From NCBI GenBank assembly GCA_963796055.1, contig CAWCKH010000003.1, positions 288,001 to 352,000 on the forward strand: a DNA stretch of 64,000 nt, read 5' to 3'. The position numbers and the translations under genes are program-made. This document shows positions 18,707 through 29,561 of this stretch, one piece after another; the first letter of the stretch is position 1, and every line of letters starts with the position of its first letter. The notes under the pieces are model-generated. The model saw only the letters and a program-made list of their open reading frames with translations. It had not been told where the DNA came from and did not search any database. The stretch is from an uncultured delta proteobacterium (lineage in GTDB: Bacteria; Myxococcota; Myxococcia; Myxococcales; Myxococcaceae).

Positions 18707-20851
18707 ATGCACATCCGCCACCTCGCGGCGCCGGCCCTGGCACTCGCCCTCGCCTGCGCCTCGAACGCGCCGCGCTCCACCCCTGCTGTCCCGCCCGCCG
18801 CTGCCGGTGCCGATGCTGCCCGGAGCACCCCGGCCGACGCCGGCACCCACGGGATCGACGTCGCCGGGATGGACCGCTCGGTCGCTCCGGGGGACGACTT
18901 CTTCCTCCACGCCAACGGGACCTGGGTGAAGGGCACCGACATTCCCGCCGACGCGAGCCGGTGGGGGACGTTCAACATCCTCAACGACCAGTCGATGCAG
19001 CGCACGCGCACGGTGCTGGAGGCCGCGGCCAGCGGAAGCGCCCCGGCAGGCTCCGAGGAGCGGAAGGTGGGCGACCTCTACGCCAGCTACCTCGACGAGG
19101 CGACCGTCGAGGCCCGCGGGCTCGAGCCGCTTCGCCCGAATCTCGCCGCGGTCGCCGCCCTCAGGGACAAGGCCGCGCTGGCCCGTGCGCTGGGCGCGGA
19201 CCTCCGGACCGACGTCGATGCGCTCAACGCGACGCACTACCACACCAGCCGGATCCTGGGATTCTGGGTGGCGCCCGACCTGAACCAGCCCACGGTGTAC
19301 GTCGGTTACCTGTTCCAGGGCGGACTCGGCATGCCTGACCGCGAGTACTACCTGTCCGCCAACCCCAAGATGGTCGCCACCCGCGACCGGTACCGAGCAC
19401 ACGTCGTGCGGGTGCTCCAGCTCGCGGGAATCGAAGGCGCGGAGCAGAAGGCCGGCCGCATCCTCGACCTCGAGACGCGAATGGCCAAGGTGCATGCCAC
19501 CCGCGCCGAGTCGCTCGAGGTTCGCAGGGCGGAGGCCTGGAAGCGGACCGAGTTCGCCGCGCAGGCTCCGGGGCTCGACTGGCGATCGTTCTTCTCCGCC
19601 GCGGGACTGGAGCAGCAGCAGACCCTGTTCGTCTGGCAGCCGGCCGCGGTGACCGGGCTCGCGGCGCTGGTGAAGCAAGTCCCGCTGTCGACCTGGAAGG
19701 CATGGATGACGTTTCACGCCATCGACCGCCAGGCCCCGCTCCTGCCGCGCACCTTCGTCGACGAGAACTTCGACTTCTACGGCAAGACGCTGGCCGGAAC
19801 TCCCGAGCTGAGCGCCCGGTGGAAGCGGGCGGTGGAGACGGTCAGCGAGATCCGCTCGAAGCAGGTGGGCTTCCGCGAGGAGGCCGCGATGGGGGACGCG
19901 GTCGGCAGGCTCTACGTGGCTCGCTACTTCCCCGCTTCGGCCAAGGTGCAGATCCAGGAGATGGTGCGGCAGATCATCGCCGCCTTCGATCGCCGCGTCG
20001 AGGCGCTGGACTGGATGGCGCCGGCGACGAAGGCACACGCCCGCGAGAAGCTCAAGACGCTGGTGGTCGGCGTCGGGTATCCGGATCGATGGGTGGACTA
20101 CTCGGGTCTGGAGATCTCCACGGATGACCTGGTGGGTAACATGCAGCGGGCCAGCCTCTTCGACTACCGCCGTCACCTCGCCCAGCTCGGCAAGCCGGTC
20201 GACACGGCGGACTGGTGCATGGAGCCGCAGACGGTCAACGCGGTGAACCTGCCCCTGCAGAACGGGCTCAACTTCCCCGCGGCCATCCTCCAGCCGCCGT
20301 TCTTCGACCCCGAGGCCCCGGCGGCGGTGAACTATGGCGGGATCGGCACGGTCATCGGCCACGAGATCAGCCACAGCTTCGATGACCAGGGGGCAATGTT
20401 CGACGCCCAGGGCCGGCTCCGGAACTGGTGGACCCCGGCAGACTTCGCGAAGTTCGAGGAGTCCGGGGCCCGGCTCGCCGCCCAGTTCGAGGCCTACCAC
20501 CCCTTCCCCGACCTGCACGTCAACGGCAAGCAGACCTTGGGCGAGAACATCGCCGACGTCGCGGGGCTCGCCGCCGCACACGACGGCTGGCGCGCGTCCC
20601 TCGGAGGCAAGGAGGCCCCGGAGGTGTCCGGGTTCACCGGCGAGCAGCAGTTCTTCCTCGCCTATGCACAGAACTGGCGAGGCAAGACCCGCGAACCGCT
20701 GGCCCGGCAGATGCTGATCGCGGACGGACACGCGCCCGGGCACTACCGCGCCCTCACCGTGCGGAACATCGACGCCTGGTATGCCGCCTTCGCGGTGAAG
20801 CCGGGCCAGCAGCTGTACCTGCCGCCGGAGCAGCGGATCCGCGTCTGGTGA
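18707..20851 (+). CDS. M13 family metallopeptidase (neprilysin/PepO-like), lipoprotein
   Basis: LALAC lipobox; PGDDFF, VNA, GHEISHSFD, GENIAD. Confidence 0.95.
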   Translation: MHIRHLAAPALALALACASNAPRSTPAVPPAAAGADAARSTPADAGTHGIDVAGMDRSVAPGDDFFLHANGTWVKGTDIPADASRWGTFNILNDQSMQRTRTVLEAAASGSAPAGSEERKVGDLYASYLDEATVEARGLEPLRPNLAAVAALRDKAALARALGADLRTDVDALNATHYHTSRILGFWVAPDLNQPTVYVGYLFQGGLGMPDREYYLSANPKMVATRDRYRAHVVRVLQLAGIEGAEQKAGRILDLETRMAKVHATRAESLEVRRAEAWKRTEFAAQAPGLDWRSFFSAAGLEQQQTLFVWQPAAVTGLAALVKQVPLSTWKAWMTFHAIDRQAPLLPRTFVDENFDFYGKTLAGTPELSARWKRAVETVSEIRSKQVGFREEAAMGDAVGRLYVARYFPASAKVQIQEMVRQIIAAFDRRVEALDWMAPATKAHAREKLKTLVVGVGYPDRWVDYSGLEISTDDLVGNMQRASLFDYRRHLAQLGKPVDTADWCMEPQTVNAVNLPLQNGLNFPAAILQPPFFDPEAPAAVNYGGIGTVIGHEISHSFDDQGAMFDAQGRLRNWWTPADFAKFEESGARLAAQFEAYHPFPDLHVNGKQTLGENIADVAGLAAAHDGWRASLGGKEAPEVSGFTGEQQFFLAYAQNWRGKTREPLARQMLIADGHAPGHYRALTVRNIDAWYAAFAVKPGQQLYLPPEQRIRVW

Positions 20852-20859
20852 GCGGGCGC

Positions 20860-21612
<753 letters not shown>

Positions 21613-21624
21613 GGGAGCAGCCGA

Positions 21625-22392
21625 CTACATCGTGAGGCCGCCGTCCACGTCCAGGGTGCGCCCGTTGAAGTAGTCGCACTCGATGCAGAAGCGCACCCCG
21701 AGCCAGATGTCCTCGGGGTCGCCGATGCGGCCGACCGGGATGGCCGAGACCAGGGCCTCGCGCGCCCGGGCGTTCATCCCCCGGGTCATCGGGGTGTCGA
21801 TCATCCCCGGGGCCACCGCCGCGGCCCGGATGCCGAACGGCGCCCACTCGCGGGCCCAGGTGAAGGTGTTCGCGGCCAGGGCGGCCTTGGCCGCCACGTA
21901 ATTCGACTGCCCCCGGTTTCCGTGGCGGGCGATGCTGGAGATGCTGACCACCACCCCGGGCCGGGTGCCGGTCTCGACCATCTTCCGCACCGCCTCGCGG
22001 ACCAGGAGCGTGGCCCCGGTGAGGTTCACCGCCAGGACCGCGTCCCACTGCTCCTTGGACAGCACGGTCACCTCGCCGGTGTGCCGGTCCTTCTTCACCA
22101 GCAGCCCGTCGCGGAGGATGCCGGCGTTGTTCACCAGCGCGTTCAGTCCCCCCATCGCCCCGTGCGCCCACTCCACGAAGGCCTGGACGTCCGACTCCTG
22201 CGAGACGTCGAGCAGACGGGCGTGGAGCTTGCCGCCGGTCCCCCGCGCGAGCTCCAGGGTGTCCGCCAGGCCCTGCGGGTTCAGGTCCCCGATGGCGACC
22301 TCGGCGCCCGCCTGGCAGAGCCGGAGCGCAAAGTTGCGCCCCAGCCCCTGGGCTGCGCCCGAGACGATGCACTTCACCGAAGCGAGGTCCAT
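21625..22392 (-). CDS. SDR family oxidoreductase (FabG-like)
   Basis: GAAQGLG, NNAG, YVAAK, PG.IDT. Confidence 0.92.
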   Translation of the reverse strand: MDLASVKCIVSGAAQGLGRNFALRLCQAGAEVAIGDLNPQGLADTLELARGTGGKLHARLLDVSQESDVQAFVEWAHGAMGGLNALVNNAGILRDGLLVKKDRHTGEVTVLSKEQWDAVLAVNLTGATLLVREAVRKMVETGTRPGVVVSISSIARHGNRGQSNYVAAKAALAANTFTWAREWAPFGIRAAAVAPGMIDTPMTRGMNARAREALVSAIPVGRIGDPEDIWLGVRFCIECDYFNGRTLDVDGGLTM

Positions 22393-22552
22393 GCGGCCGC
22401 TCCCCTCCCGGAGCACGGTGCGCCGACATCTCCCATCCGGACTCCCGGACGGAGGCGGCGAGGCCAGGTCTCCGCCGCCAACGGACTGTACGGCCTCGGG
22501 TCCAGGCGGGACAGAAATTCCGGGGGTCTCTGGCCTACACTCCGCCCTCTCC

Positions 22553-23161
22553 ATGCGCCGGCTCATGTTCGTGGCCCTCGCGGTGCTGGCGGCCGGGGGG
22601 GCCTGGTGGCTGAGGAAGCAGAGCGTCACGTCGTCCTACGGCGCCTACAGCGACGCCCAGCTGCAGACGCTCGAGGCCGGCTATCGCGCGGCGATGCACC
22701 CCGCGCCGGGACCGGGGATCAGCACCGTGACGGGCCGCGAGGCCACGCTCGACGCCGAGCTCTCCCTGGTGGTGCTGGAGAAGGAGCAGCACCGCCGGCT
22801 CGCGCTCCGGGGGTTGGCGCTGGTCGCGGTCCTGGCCAGCGTCGGAGCGCTGCTCCTCGGACGGCGCGAGGGCCGAAGGGCGCGGGGAGAGGAGGCGCGG
22901 CTGCTGAAGGCGATGGGAGATCCGGCCGCGCTGCTCGAGGGAGAGCGGCACAAGGCGGCCCGGCTGCTGGGGGTGACGCTCGAGGCTCCCCTGGAGGTGG
23001 TGGACGCCGCGCTGGCCGCGCAGCTCGCGGCCCGCGACCTCGGCCGGCTGGACGGGCTCGCACCCGATCTCCGGCGGCTGGCGCTCGACCAGCGGGAAGC
23101 CCTCCAGCGCGCCCGAGATCTGCTGATCACCGGATCGGCCGGCGGCCCGCCTCAGCAGTGA
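22553..23161 (+). CDS. Hypothetical membrane protein with degenerate J-domain-like C-terminus
   Basis: Two TM segments; LLGV..EA...V..A...D pattern without HPD. Confidence 0.5.
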   Translation: MRRLMFVALAVLAAGGAWWLRKQSVTSSYGAYSDAQLQTLEAGYRAAMHPAPGPGISTVTGREATLDAELSLVVLEKEQHRRLALRGLALVAVLASVGALLLGRREGRRARGEEARLLKAMGDPAALLEGERHKAARLLGVTLEAPLEVVDAALAAQLAARDLGRLDGLAPDLRRLALDQREALQRARDLLITGSAGGPPQQ

Positions 23162-23514
23162 GCCCGGAGCAGGCTCAGCAGCTCGCGCACGCTGGGCGGC
23201 TTCTTCAGCACCGACACCGCGTCGAGCCCGCGGGCGTGGTGCTCGAGGTCCCGGTACGCCGAGAGCACCACCACCGGGATGGAGGCCAGCCGCGAACTGC
23301 TGCGCTGGGCCTCGCGGAAGGCCGCCCCGTCCATCACCGGCATCATCAGGTCCAGGAGGATGACGCAGGGGAGCTCCGCGGCGCGGGCCAGGAAGTCGAG
23401 CGCGGCGGCCCCATCGGCCATCCCCACCGCGGAGAACCCGTGCTCCTCGATGATCTCCACCAGCGCCTGGCGGATGTCGGGGTCATCCTCGACCACCAGG
23501 ACGGTGTGACTCAC
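23152..23514 (-). CDS. Single-domain response regulator
   Basis: VLVVEDD, LLDLMMPVMDG, LKKP. Confidence 0.9.
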   Translation of the reverse strand: MSHTVLVVEDDPDIRQALVEIIEEHGFSAVGMADGAAALDFLARAAELPCVILLDLMMPVMDGAAFREAQRSSSRLASIPVVVLSAYRDLEHHARGLDAVSVLKKPPSVRELLSLLRAHC

Positions 23515-24680
23515 CGGACGCTCCTGGCATCGATCGCCCTTGGGAGCCGGATGACGAAGTGCGCTCCCTTCGTGCCCAGGTGTGCGAGGTGGATCCCGCC
23601 CCCGTGCGCCTCGACAATCTGCCGGGACACGTAGAGGCCCAGACCCAGCCCTCCGAAGTGCCGCATCGGAGCGCCGCGCTCGAACCGCTCGAAGAGCCGC
23701 TCCCATTCCGACTCGGGGATGCCCGGCCCTGCGTCCGACACCCGGAGCGTCACCTCCCGCTCCGCTCCCTCGAGCACCAAGTCCACCGGCGTCCCGGCGG
23801 CGTACTTCAGCGCGTTGGCGAGGAGGTTGGTGACCACCTGCTCGATGCGCAACCGGTCCCAACAGCCCTGGAGCGAGCCCGGGGCGTGCACCGTCACCAC
23901 CGAGCCGGAGCGGAGGGCATGCTCCCGGAAGCGCTCCACCACCTCGTGTACCGCCTCCGTGAGATCGAACGGAGTCGGGCTGAGGCTGAAGCTCCCGGTG
24001 GTGATCCGGGAGACGTCGAGCAGCGTGTCCACCAGGGTGACCAGCCGCTCGCCGCTCCGGCAGGCCCGCTCCACCTTGGCCCGGACACGGGCATCCATTC
24101 CCTCCGGCCGCTCGAGCAGGCTCTGGAGCTGCAGCTGCACCGCGCTCAGCGGGGTCCGCAGCTCGTGGGCGGCGATGGAGAGGAACTCGTCGCGGAGCCG
24201 CACCGCCTCCTCGGCGTGCGCCAGCCGGAGCTGCTCCTGCTGGGCCCGGAGCCGCTCGGTCAGGTCGCGGGTCACCTTGGCGAAGCCGATCAGCCGGCCG
24301 GCATCGTCGACGAGGGCGGTGATCACCACGTCGGCCCAGAAGCGGGTGCCGTCCTTGCGCACCCGCCAGCCCTCGCTCTCCACCCGGCCCTCGCGCGCCG
24401 CTTCGGAGAGCAGCCTCGCGGGCAGTCCGCGGGCGATGTCCTCTGGCGTGTAGAACCGGGACATGTGCTGCCCGATGATCTCCTGGGCGGTGTAGCCCTT
24501 GGTGTGCTCGGCCCCGGCGTTCCAGGTCTCGATCCGGCCCGTGGGGTCGAGCATGAAGATGGCGTAGTCCTTGACGCTGGAGACCAGCGCCCGGAACCGC
24601 TCATCGCCCGAGCGAGAGCTCCCCGCCTCCGGTTCCCCGGGAACGGGGAAAATCTCCGTCTGCGGCGGGGGGGATGTCAT
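23511..24680 (-). CDS. PAS-domain sensor histidine kinase
   Basis: DYAIFMLD..WNAGAE PAS domain; AHELRTPL H-box; NALKY; DAGPG; GLGLGL. Confidence 0.93.
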   Translation of the reverse strand: MTSPPPQTEIFPVPGEPEAGSSRSGDERFRALVSSVKDYAIFMLDPTGRIETWNAGAEHTKGYTAQEIIGQHMSRFYTPEDIARGLPARLLSEAAREGRVESEGWRVRKDGTRFWADVVITALVDDAGRLIGFAKVTRDLTERLRAQQEQLRLAHAEEAVRLRDEFLSIAAHELRTPLSAVQLQLQSLLERPEGMDARVRAKVERACRSGERLVTLVDTLLDVSRITTGSFSLSPTPFDLTEAVHEVVERFREHALRSGSVVTVHAPGSLQGCWDRLRIEQVVTNLLANALKYAAGTPVDLVLEGAEREVTLRVSDAGPGIPESEWERLFERFERGAPMRHFGGLGLGLYVSRQIVEAHGGGIHLAHLGTKGAHFVIRLPRAIDARSVR

Positions 24681-24785
24681 CCGAGGGTCAACGCTCAAGA
24701 TTGACACCGAACACGCTCCAGCGCTCCTTCCCGGCGAGGCGCTGCGTTCAGTCCACGGCAGATTGCCCTCGACTCGCGTTTCCGG

Positions 24786-26144
24786 TCAGGGTGCTCCCTC
24801 GGCCCCGGTGCGAGGGGGCCAGACCGCCCCAGGGGGGCCGGGGCGTCCGGCCTCCTCGTCGCTCCGGACCAGGTCGGCCCGGGACGAGCCCCTCGGAAGC
24901 CGGAGACGGACCCGCGTCCCCACCCCGAGCTCCGACGAGAGGGACACCGAGCCGCCCAGCGCGCGCACGTAGCTGTCGACGATCGCCAGCCCGAGCCCGT
25001 GGCCCGTGCCCTCGGAGGTTCCCCGGAAGAACGGCTCGAACGCACGGCGCGCGGCGCTCGCCTCCATCCCCACGCCGTTGTCGACGATGTCCAGGGTCAT
25101 CCATCGTGGGTCGATCCGGCTCGATACCTCCAGGTGGCACGCACGCTCCGCGGCGCGGTACTTCAGGGCGTTTCCGAGGACGTTGCGGAGAATCTGCCCC
25201 AGCACCTCGGGCGCGCAGCGCACCGTCCCCTCCTCGAGCTGGAGCCGGAGCTCAGCCTGGGCCGCGGCGCCCAGCTCCTCGAGTGCCTCGTGTACCGCGC
25301 CGGGCACCTCGGTGTGCCCCTGCGGAAGGCGCCCCGAGCGGGAGAAGGCCAGCATCGCCTCGATGAGGGCGGACATCCGGGACGCGGAGCCGACGATCCG
25401 GGAGGCGAGGCGCGCGTCCGCCTCGTCCCTTCCGGAGCGGACGATGAGGCTCGCCAGGTTGTGAATCGGCACCAGCGGAGTGCGCAGGTCGTGGGCAGCG
25501 CGGGCGGCAAACGCCTCGAGCTCGTGGTTCTTCGACTCGACCAAGTCGAGACTGCGCGCCGTGGCCTGGCGTTCCCGGGCCATCGAGCGGAGCCGCGAGG
25601 CCGCGACCTGGATCACCACCAGCAGCACCACGGCTCCGGCCAGCGTGTCCACCAGGATCTGCCGCCGTCCCAGGCCGAGGAGGCGGGTCCCGATCGCCTC
25701 GGCCTCGATCCGGTTGATGGCGATGAGGCGGTTCACCGACTCGACTGCGGTCCGCGTGTCGCGCCCGAGTGCCTCGCGGTCTCCCCGCGCGCGGTCGCGG
25801 GAGAGCGCGTCGGTGAGTCCGCGGAGCGTGAGCCACTCGGGGCGCTCACCCTCGAACGTCGCCAGCGGCTCGTAGGCCTGCACGTCGCGGGCGAGCCACT
25901 CCAGCGCCTGCAGCCCGCCCGGGTTGCTCGCCGCTTCCGATGCCTGCGCCGGGGCCAGGCGCAGCAGCTGCCAGCGCATGTCGTCGGCCAGCTCCACGGA
26001 ACGCAGCGCGTTGGCCGACAGCGCCTCGGTGCCCCGCGCGGTCGCCGACGCCACCCAGGCATCGACCAGGCCCACCAGGAGAATCACCCCGGCGACGACT
26101 CCTACGGAGAAGATGCCGCGCCTCGGCTTGCGCAGCTCGAGCAT
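24786..26144 (-). CDS. Membrane sensor histidine kinase
   Basis: Two TM segments with a periplasmic domain; AHDLRTPL; NALKY; DNGVG; GHGLGL. Confidence 0.9.
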   Translation of the reverse strand: MLELRKPRRGIFSVGVVAGVILLVGLVDAWVASATARGTEALSANALRSVELADDMRWQLLRLAPAQASEAASNPGGLQALEWLARDVQAYEPLATFEGERPEWLTLRGLTDALSRDRARGDREALGRDTRTAVESVNRLIAINRIEAEAIGTRLLGLGRRQILVDTLAGAVVLLVVIQVAASRLRSMARERQATARSLDLVESKNHELEAFAARAAHDLRTPLVPIHNLASLIVRSGRDEADARLASRIVGSASRMSALIEAMLAFSRSGRLPQGHTEVPGAVHEALEELGAAAQAELRLQLEEGTVRCAPEVLGQILRNVLGNALKYRAAERACHLEVSSRIDPRWMTLDIVDNGVGMEASAARRAFEPFFRGTSEGTGHGLGLAIVDSYVRALGGSVSLSSELGVGTRVRLRLPRGSSRADLVRSDEEAGRPGPPGAVWPPRTGAEGAP

Positions 26145-26302
26145 GGCCTCCACGTACCACCGCTCACCCGCGCACCGATCCACGGCGCCGCGTCCACAGG
26201 CGACCGGCCGTCGAAAATCCGATGAAGTCCGGCCCAGGCGCAACAGGGTCACAGCTCACAGCGGTGGCCCCGGCCCGGGCGGCTACACTCCCCGGGAAGT
26301 CG

Positions 26303-27568
26303 ATGCGAACCTCCCGGGCCGCGCTCATCCTCGCCGTCCTCGTCTGGGCTCCCGCACGCGCCGGGGACGACGAGGAGCTCCTCCGCGAGGCGGAGCGGAT
26401 GGTGCGCATGCAGGGCGGCGGGGCCGCCTCGGTCGAGGAGCTGCGTGCGCTGGTCGCCGAGACGCTCCCCCGGGTGGGAAAGGTGATGCGCCTGCCGGTT
26501 CCGGCGCGGATCGACCTCAAGGTGGTCTCCCGGCAGCAGGCGCGCGCGGCGCTGCTGGAGGTCCTCCGCCGCGACTACCCCGGAGATCTCCTGGAGCGTC
26601 TCTCGGAGGCCCTGGCCGCCGTGGGGCTGGTCGCGCCAGGAACGGACCTCCGCGCCGAGGCACAGGCGCTGTACGGCGCGAACGTGTCCGGCTTCTACGA
26701 TCCGCGCCAGCGGCGCCTCTATCTGCTGTCGGATCAACCGCTGGCCGCGCAGACCCTCGTCGTCGCCCACGAGCTGGCGCACGCCGTCCAGGACGAGGCC
26801 ATCCCACTCGACGCCGCCTCGCGGAAGGTGCGGGCCTCGGAGGACGCACAGCTGGCGCTGTCTGCGGCCATCGAGGGCCAGGCCCAGGAGGTGGCGGCGC
26901 TGGTGCTCGCCGGGGACGCCGGAGCCGGCGACGAGGGACTCGAGCTGGGCAGCTTCCTCACCGACGCTGCCGCTGCGAGCGCGGCGATGGCCGCCGGTCA
27001 GGCCTCGGTCCCGTGGCTCGGGCTCCAGCTGTCGTTTCCCTACGCCCAGGGGGCACGCCTGGTGGCGGCGATCCGGACCCCGCAGGACCCGGGCGCGACG
27101 TCGCTCCTGCACCGCTTGCCGCGGTCCACCGCGCAGGTCCTCGACCCGGCGCTCTACCGCGCGGACGAGCGTCCCCGGGAGGCCCGCCTCGACCTCGCCG
27201 CCCGCATCCCGGGGAGCGCGGCGGTCTACGCCACCACGCTCGGGGCGGCCAACCTCAACCTCTTCGGGGAGCTGCACGGCGGCGGCGAGCTCGGCCGGGA
27301 CTGGCGCGGAGACCGGCTGGAGACCGTCCGCCAGGGGAGCCAGCTCTGTGCCGCGTGGGCGGTGGCCTTCGCCTCGCCCGAGGGCGCGGAGCGCCTGGTG
27401 AAGGCCTGGGGCGGAGCGCTCGGGGGCGGAGCCGGCCAGGCCGTGACCCAGCCGGACGGGTCGCGCTCCGTCGTCCGGCAGAGCGGGAGCGTGGCCGTGC
27501 TGCTGCAGAACGTGCCGCCCGCATTGGTCAACGCGCTGGTCTCGGCGGCGGCCGGCGCGTTCCGGTAG
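26303..27568 (+). CDS. Secreted putative zincin-like metallopeptidase
   Basis: Signal peptide; GFYDP; HELAHAVQD; A.IEGQA; FPY..G. Confidence 0.7.
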   Translation: MRTSRAALILAVLVWAPARAGDDEELLREAERMVRMQGGGAASVEELRALVAETLPRVGKVMRLPVPARIDLKVVSRQQARAALLEVLRRDYPGDLLERLSEALAAVGLVAPGTDLRAEAQALYGANVSGFYDPRQRRLYLLSDQPLAAQTLVVAHELAHAVQDEAIPLDAASRKVRASEDAQLALSAAIEGQAQEVAALVLAGDAGAGDEGLELGSFLTDAAAASAAMAAGQASVPWLGLQLSFPYAQGARLVAAIRTPQDPGATSLLHRLPRSTAQVLDPALYRADERPREARLDLAARIPGSAAVYATTLGAANLNLFGELHGGGELGRDWRGDRLETVRQGSQLCAAWAVAFASPEGAERLVKAWGGALGGGAGQAVTQPDGSRSVVRQSGSVAVLLQNVPPALVNALVSAAAGAFR

Positions 27569-27949
27569 CTACTTGCCGCCCTTGGCCGGGGCGGAGAGCT
27601 GGCGGACGTAGGCCACCACGGACTGGACCTCCGCCGGCGACAGCTTGGTCGCGGGCATGTCCTTCGACAGGCCCTTGGCCGGACCGCCGCCGGTGATGAC
27701 CCCGGCCAGGAAGTCGTCCGAGCGCTTGGAGAGCGCGGCGCGGTCGGTCAGGTCCGAGGGCTTGGTCGTGTAGTAGGCCGCGTCCTCCCCGTCGCCCTTC
27801 CCGGTGACCCCGTGGCAGCTGGCGCACTGGCGGTCGTAGATCGCCTTCCCCGCTGCCGGGTCGGGCTTCGCCGCCCCTGCAGCCGTGGCAGCGGTGGCGC
27901 CGAGGACCGCGGCCAGTGCGGTGACCCGCATCGAGTTCCGGACCTCCAT
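27569..27949 (-). CDS. Monoheme cytochrome c
   Basis: Signal peptide; CASCHGVTGKGDG; distal MP. Confidence 0.9.
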   Translation of the reverse strand: MEVRNSMRVTALAAVLGATAATAAGAAKPDPAAGKAIYDRQCASCHGVTGKGDGEDAAYYTTKPSDLTDRAALSKRSDDFLAGVITGGGPAKGLSKDMPATKLSPAEVQSVVAYVRQLSAPAKGGK

Positions 27950-28010
27950 GCGACTCCTCCTGGCCCCCCGGGGGGCGACGCCGCGCGAGACTAGCCTGCC
28001 GGAGCGCGCA

Positions 28011-28421
28011 CTACGGCCTCGCGGTGGGCTTCCCTGCGTCTTTCCAGCCCTTCAGCCCGGGCGCGAGGACGCTCACCCGGGTGTAACCCGCCTCGACCGC
28101 CCGACCGGCGGCCGTGTGCGAGGCCGTTCAATGCCTGTTGGAGCAATAGAAGACGAGGGGCGCGTTCCGGTCCGCGGGAAGCTCCGTCCTGAGATCGTAC
28201 GCCTCGAACGAGCTCAGCAGCCTCGCGCCGGGGATGACCCCGTTCTTCTCGCGGAACTCCGCGTCGTTGGCGTCGAGGACGGTGACCGGGCTCCTGGCGT
28301 CCTTCTGCATGGACTCGAGCTCGGGCACCTCGATGAACCGGAACTTCTCCTTGGACTCCGAGGCGATGGTCAGCCCCGGGGCGAGCACGAGGCCCAGGGC
28401 CAAGAAAGCGAAGCGCGTCAT
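28011..28421 (-). CDS. Secreted rhodanese-domain protein, probable selenoprotein (in-frame TGA at 28128-28130)
   Basis: VIPGA...LVFYCSNRH-TGA-TASHTAAGRAVEAGYTRVSVLAPGLKGWKDAGKP*: readthrough completes the rhodanese fold up to TAG at 28011. Confidence 0.85.
28086..28127 (-). promoter_or_regulatory. Putative bacterial SECIS element
   Basis: Directly 3' of the UGA: lower stem GCCUC/GAGGC, upper stem GGCCGCC/GGCGGUC, apical loop GGUCG starting 21 nt after the UGA. Confidence 0.7.
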
Positions 28422-28581
28422 GGTCCCCGCGGTGCTAGCCACCGGCGCCACCGGTGGGCAAGCCAATTTCGCGCACCGTCCCGCCGTCCATCCGGTACGA
28501 CCTCGTCCGACCCCGGATGGAGGTCGGCTGTTCTGCGGGCCAGCTGGCGAGTAGGCGAGCTTCCGCTACAGTGTCGACAAG

Positions 28582-29070
28582 GTGACCCGGCCCCTGACCC
28601 GTCGGCTCGCTCCGCTCCTCGTCATGCTCGGTGGATGTGGTGTCGCCGCGCCGGAGATCGACCCGGCGGCCTCCTGCACCCTGGGCTCCGTCCCCGTGCT
28701 GCTCGAGCAAGGCGTCGCCCTCCGCGGTTCGGCCGAGGCCAGCTGCCGGACGTTCGCCTCGATTCTCGAGGACTACCGGGCGACGTTCGAGGAAGCCTGG
28801 GGGGCCGCCGCGCTGCAGGAGGAGGGGTGGACGGTGCGGGTGCGCGCCGGCAGCGCAGCAGATGCGGAGGGGCACACCGGAGTCACCTACCACCACTCGA
28901 GGGTCGTCGACGTTGCCGAGGTTGCGCTGGAGACCTTTCCTCACGAGCTTCGCCACGTGCAGCTGGGGCGGGGCTCCGACGACCACCACGGCTGGTGCAG
29001 CAGCTTCGCGCCGTGGGAGGAACGGGTGCTCGGCGTGGACGAGCGGGCGTATCTCGGGTGCCCGCCGTAG
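28582..29070 (+). CDS. Hypothetical lipoprotein with HExxH motif
   Basis: LGGC lipobox; FPHELRHVQ; D.DHHGW. Confidence 0.6.
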   Translation: MTRPLTRRLAPLLVMLGGCGVAAPEIDPAASCTLGSVPVLLEQGVALRGSAEASCRTFASILEDYRATFEEAWGAAALQEEGWTVRVRAGSAADAEGHTGVTYHHSRVVDVAEVALETFPHELRHVQLGRGSDDHHGWCSSFAPWEERVLGVDERAYLGCPP

Positions 29071-29077
29071 TCCTTCT

Positions 29078-29254
29078 TCAGCCCGCGGTGTGGGAGGTGG
29101 GCGCCACCACCGAGGCGTAGGTGCCGGCGGTCACGAAGTTACGGACAATCGCGCCCGAGCCGCCGAGGCCGATGACGGCGAAGATGGCGCCGGCAACGAG
29201 CAGGCCGAGCGAGTGGCTGTGGCGGGTGGCGCTGAAGAGAGTGGGGGTATTCAT
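29078..29254 (-). CDS. Small single-TM protein
   Basis: MNTPTLF... with one hydrophobic helix; sigma54-like promoter upstream. Confidence 0.5.
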   Translation of the reverse strand: MNTPTLFSATRHSHSLGLLVAGAIFAVIGLGGSGAIVRNFVTAGTYASVVAPTSHTAG

Positions 29255-29292
29255 GGGAGGCTCCGGGGTGAAGCGAGGCACCCATCCCCCAC

Positions 29293-29308
29293 TGCATCGG
29301 AGCTGCCA
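29293..29308 (-). promoter_or_regulatory. Putative sigma54 (-24/-12) promoter
   Basis: TGGCAGCTCCGATGCA (GG-N10-GC), about 40 nt upstream of ATG 29254. Confidence 0.45.
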
Positions 29309-29561
29309 GCCCCAGAATCAAGGGAATCCAGGTACTTGACTCGCCTGCTGTCGCCTCCTCGGTGACGCCGGACGGTCCCGCTGTTGCGCCGGGTGTTTCA
29401 CCGCCGGCGTGGGTCGTCAGCGGCTGAGCAATCCTCAGGGCATCGGCACGAGGTAGGTCAGGGGCGCTCCGGCCGACGCAACGTCTCGCTTGGCCTGAAC
29501 CCGGGCTGGAGCGCTCGTCGGCTCCGCCCGGGTCTTCCGGTTCCGTGCGGGAGGGGTGGGT

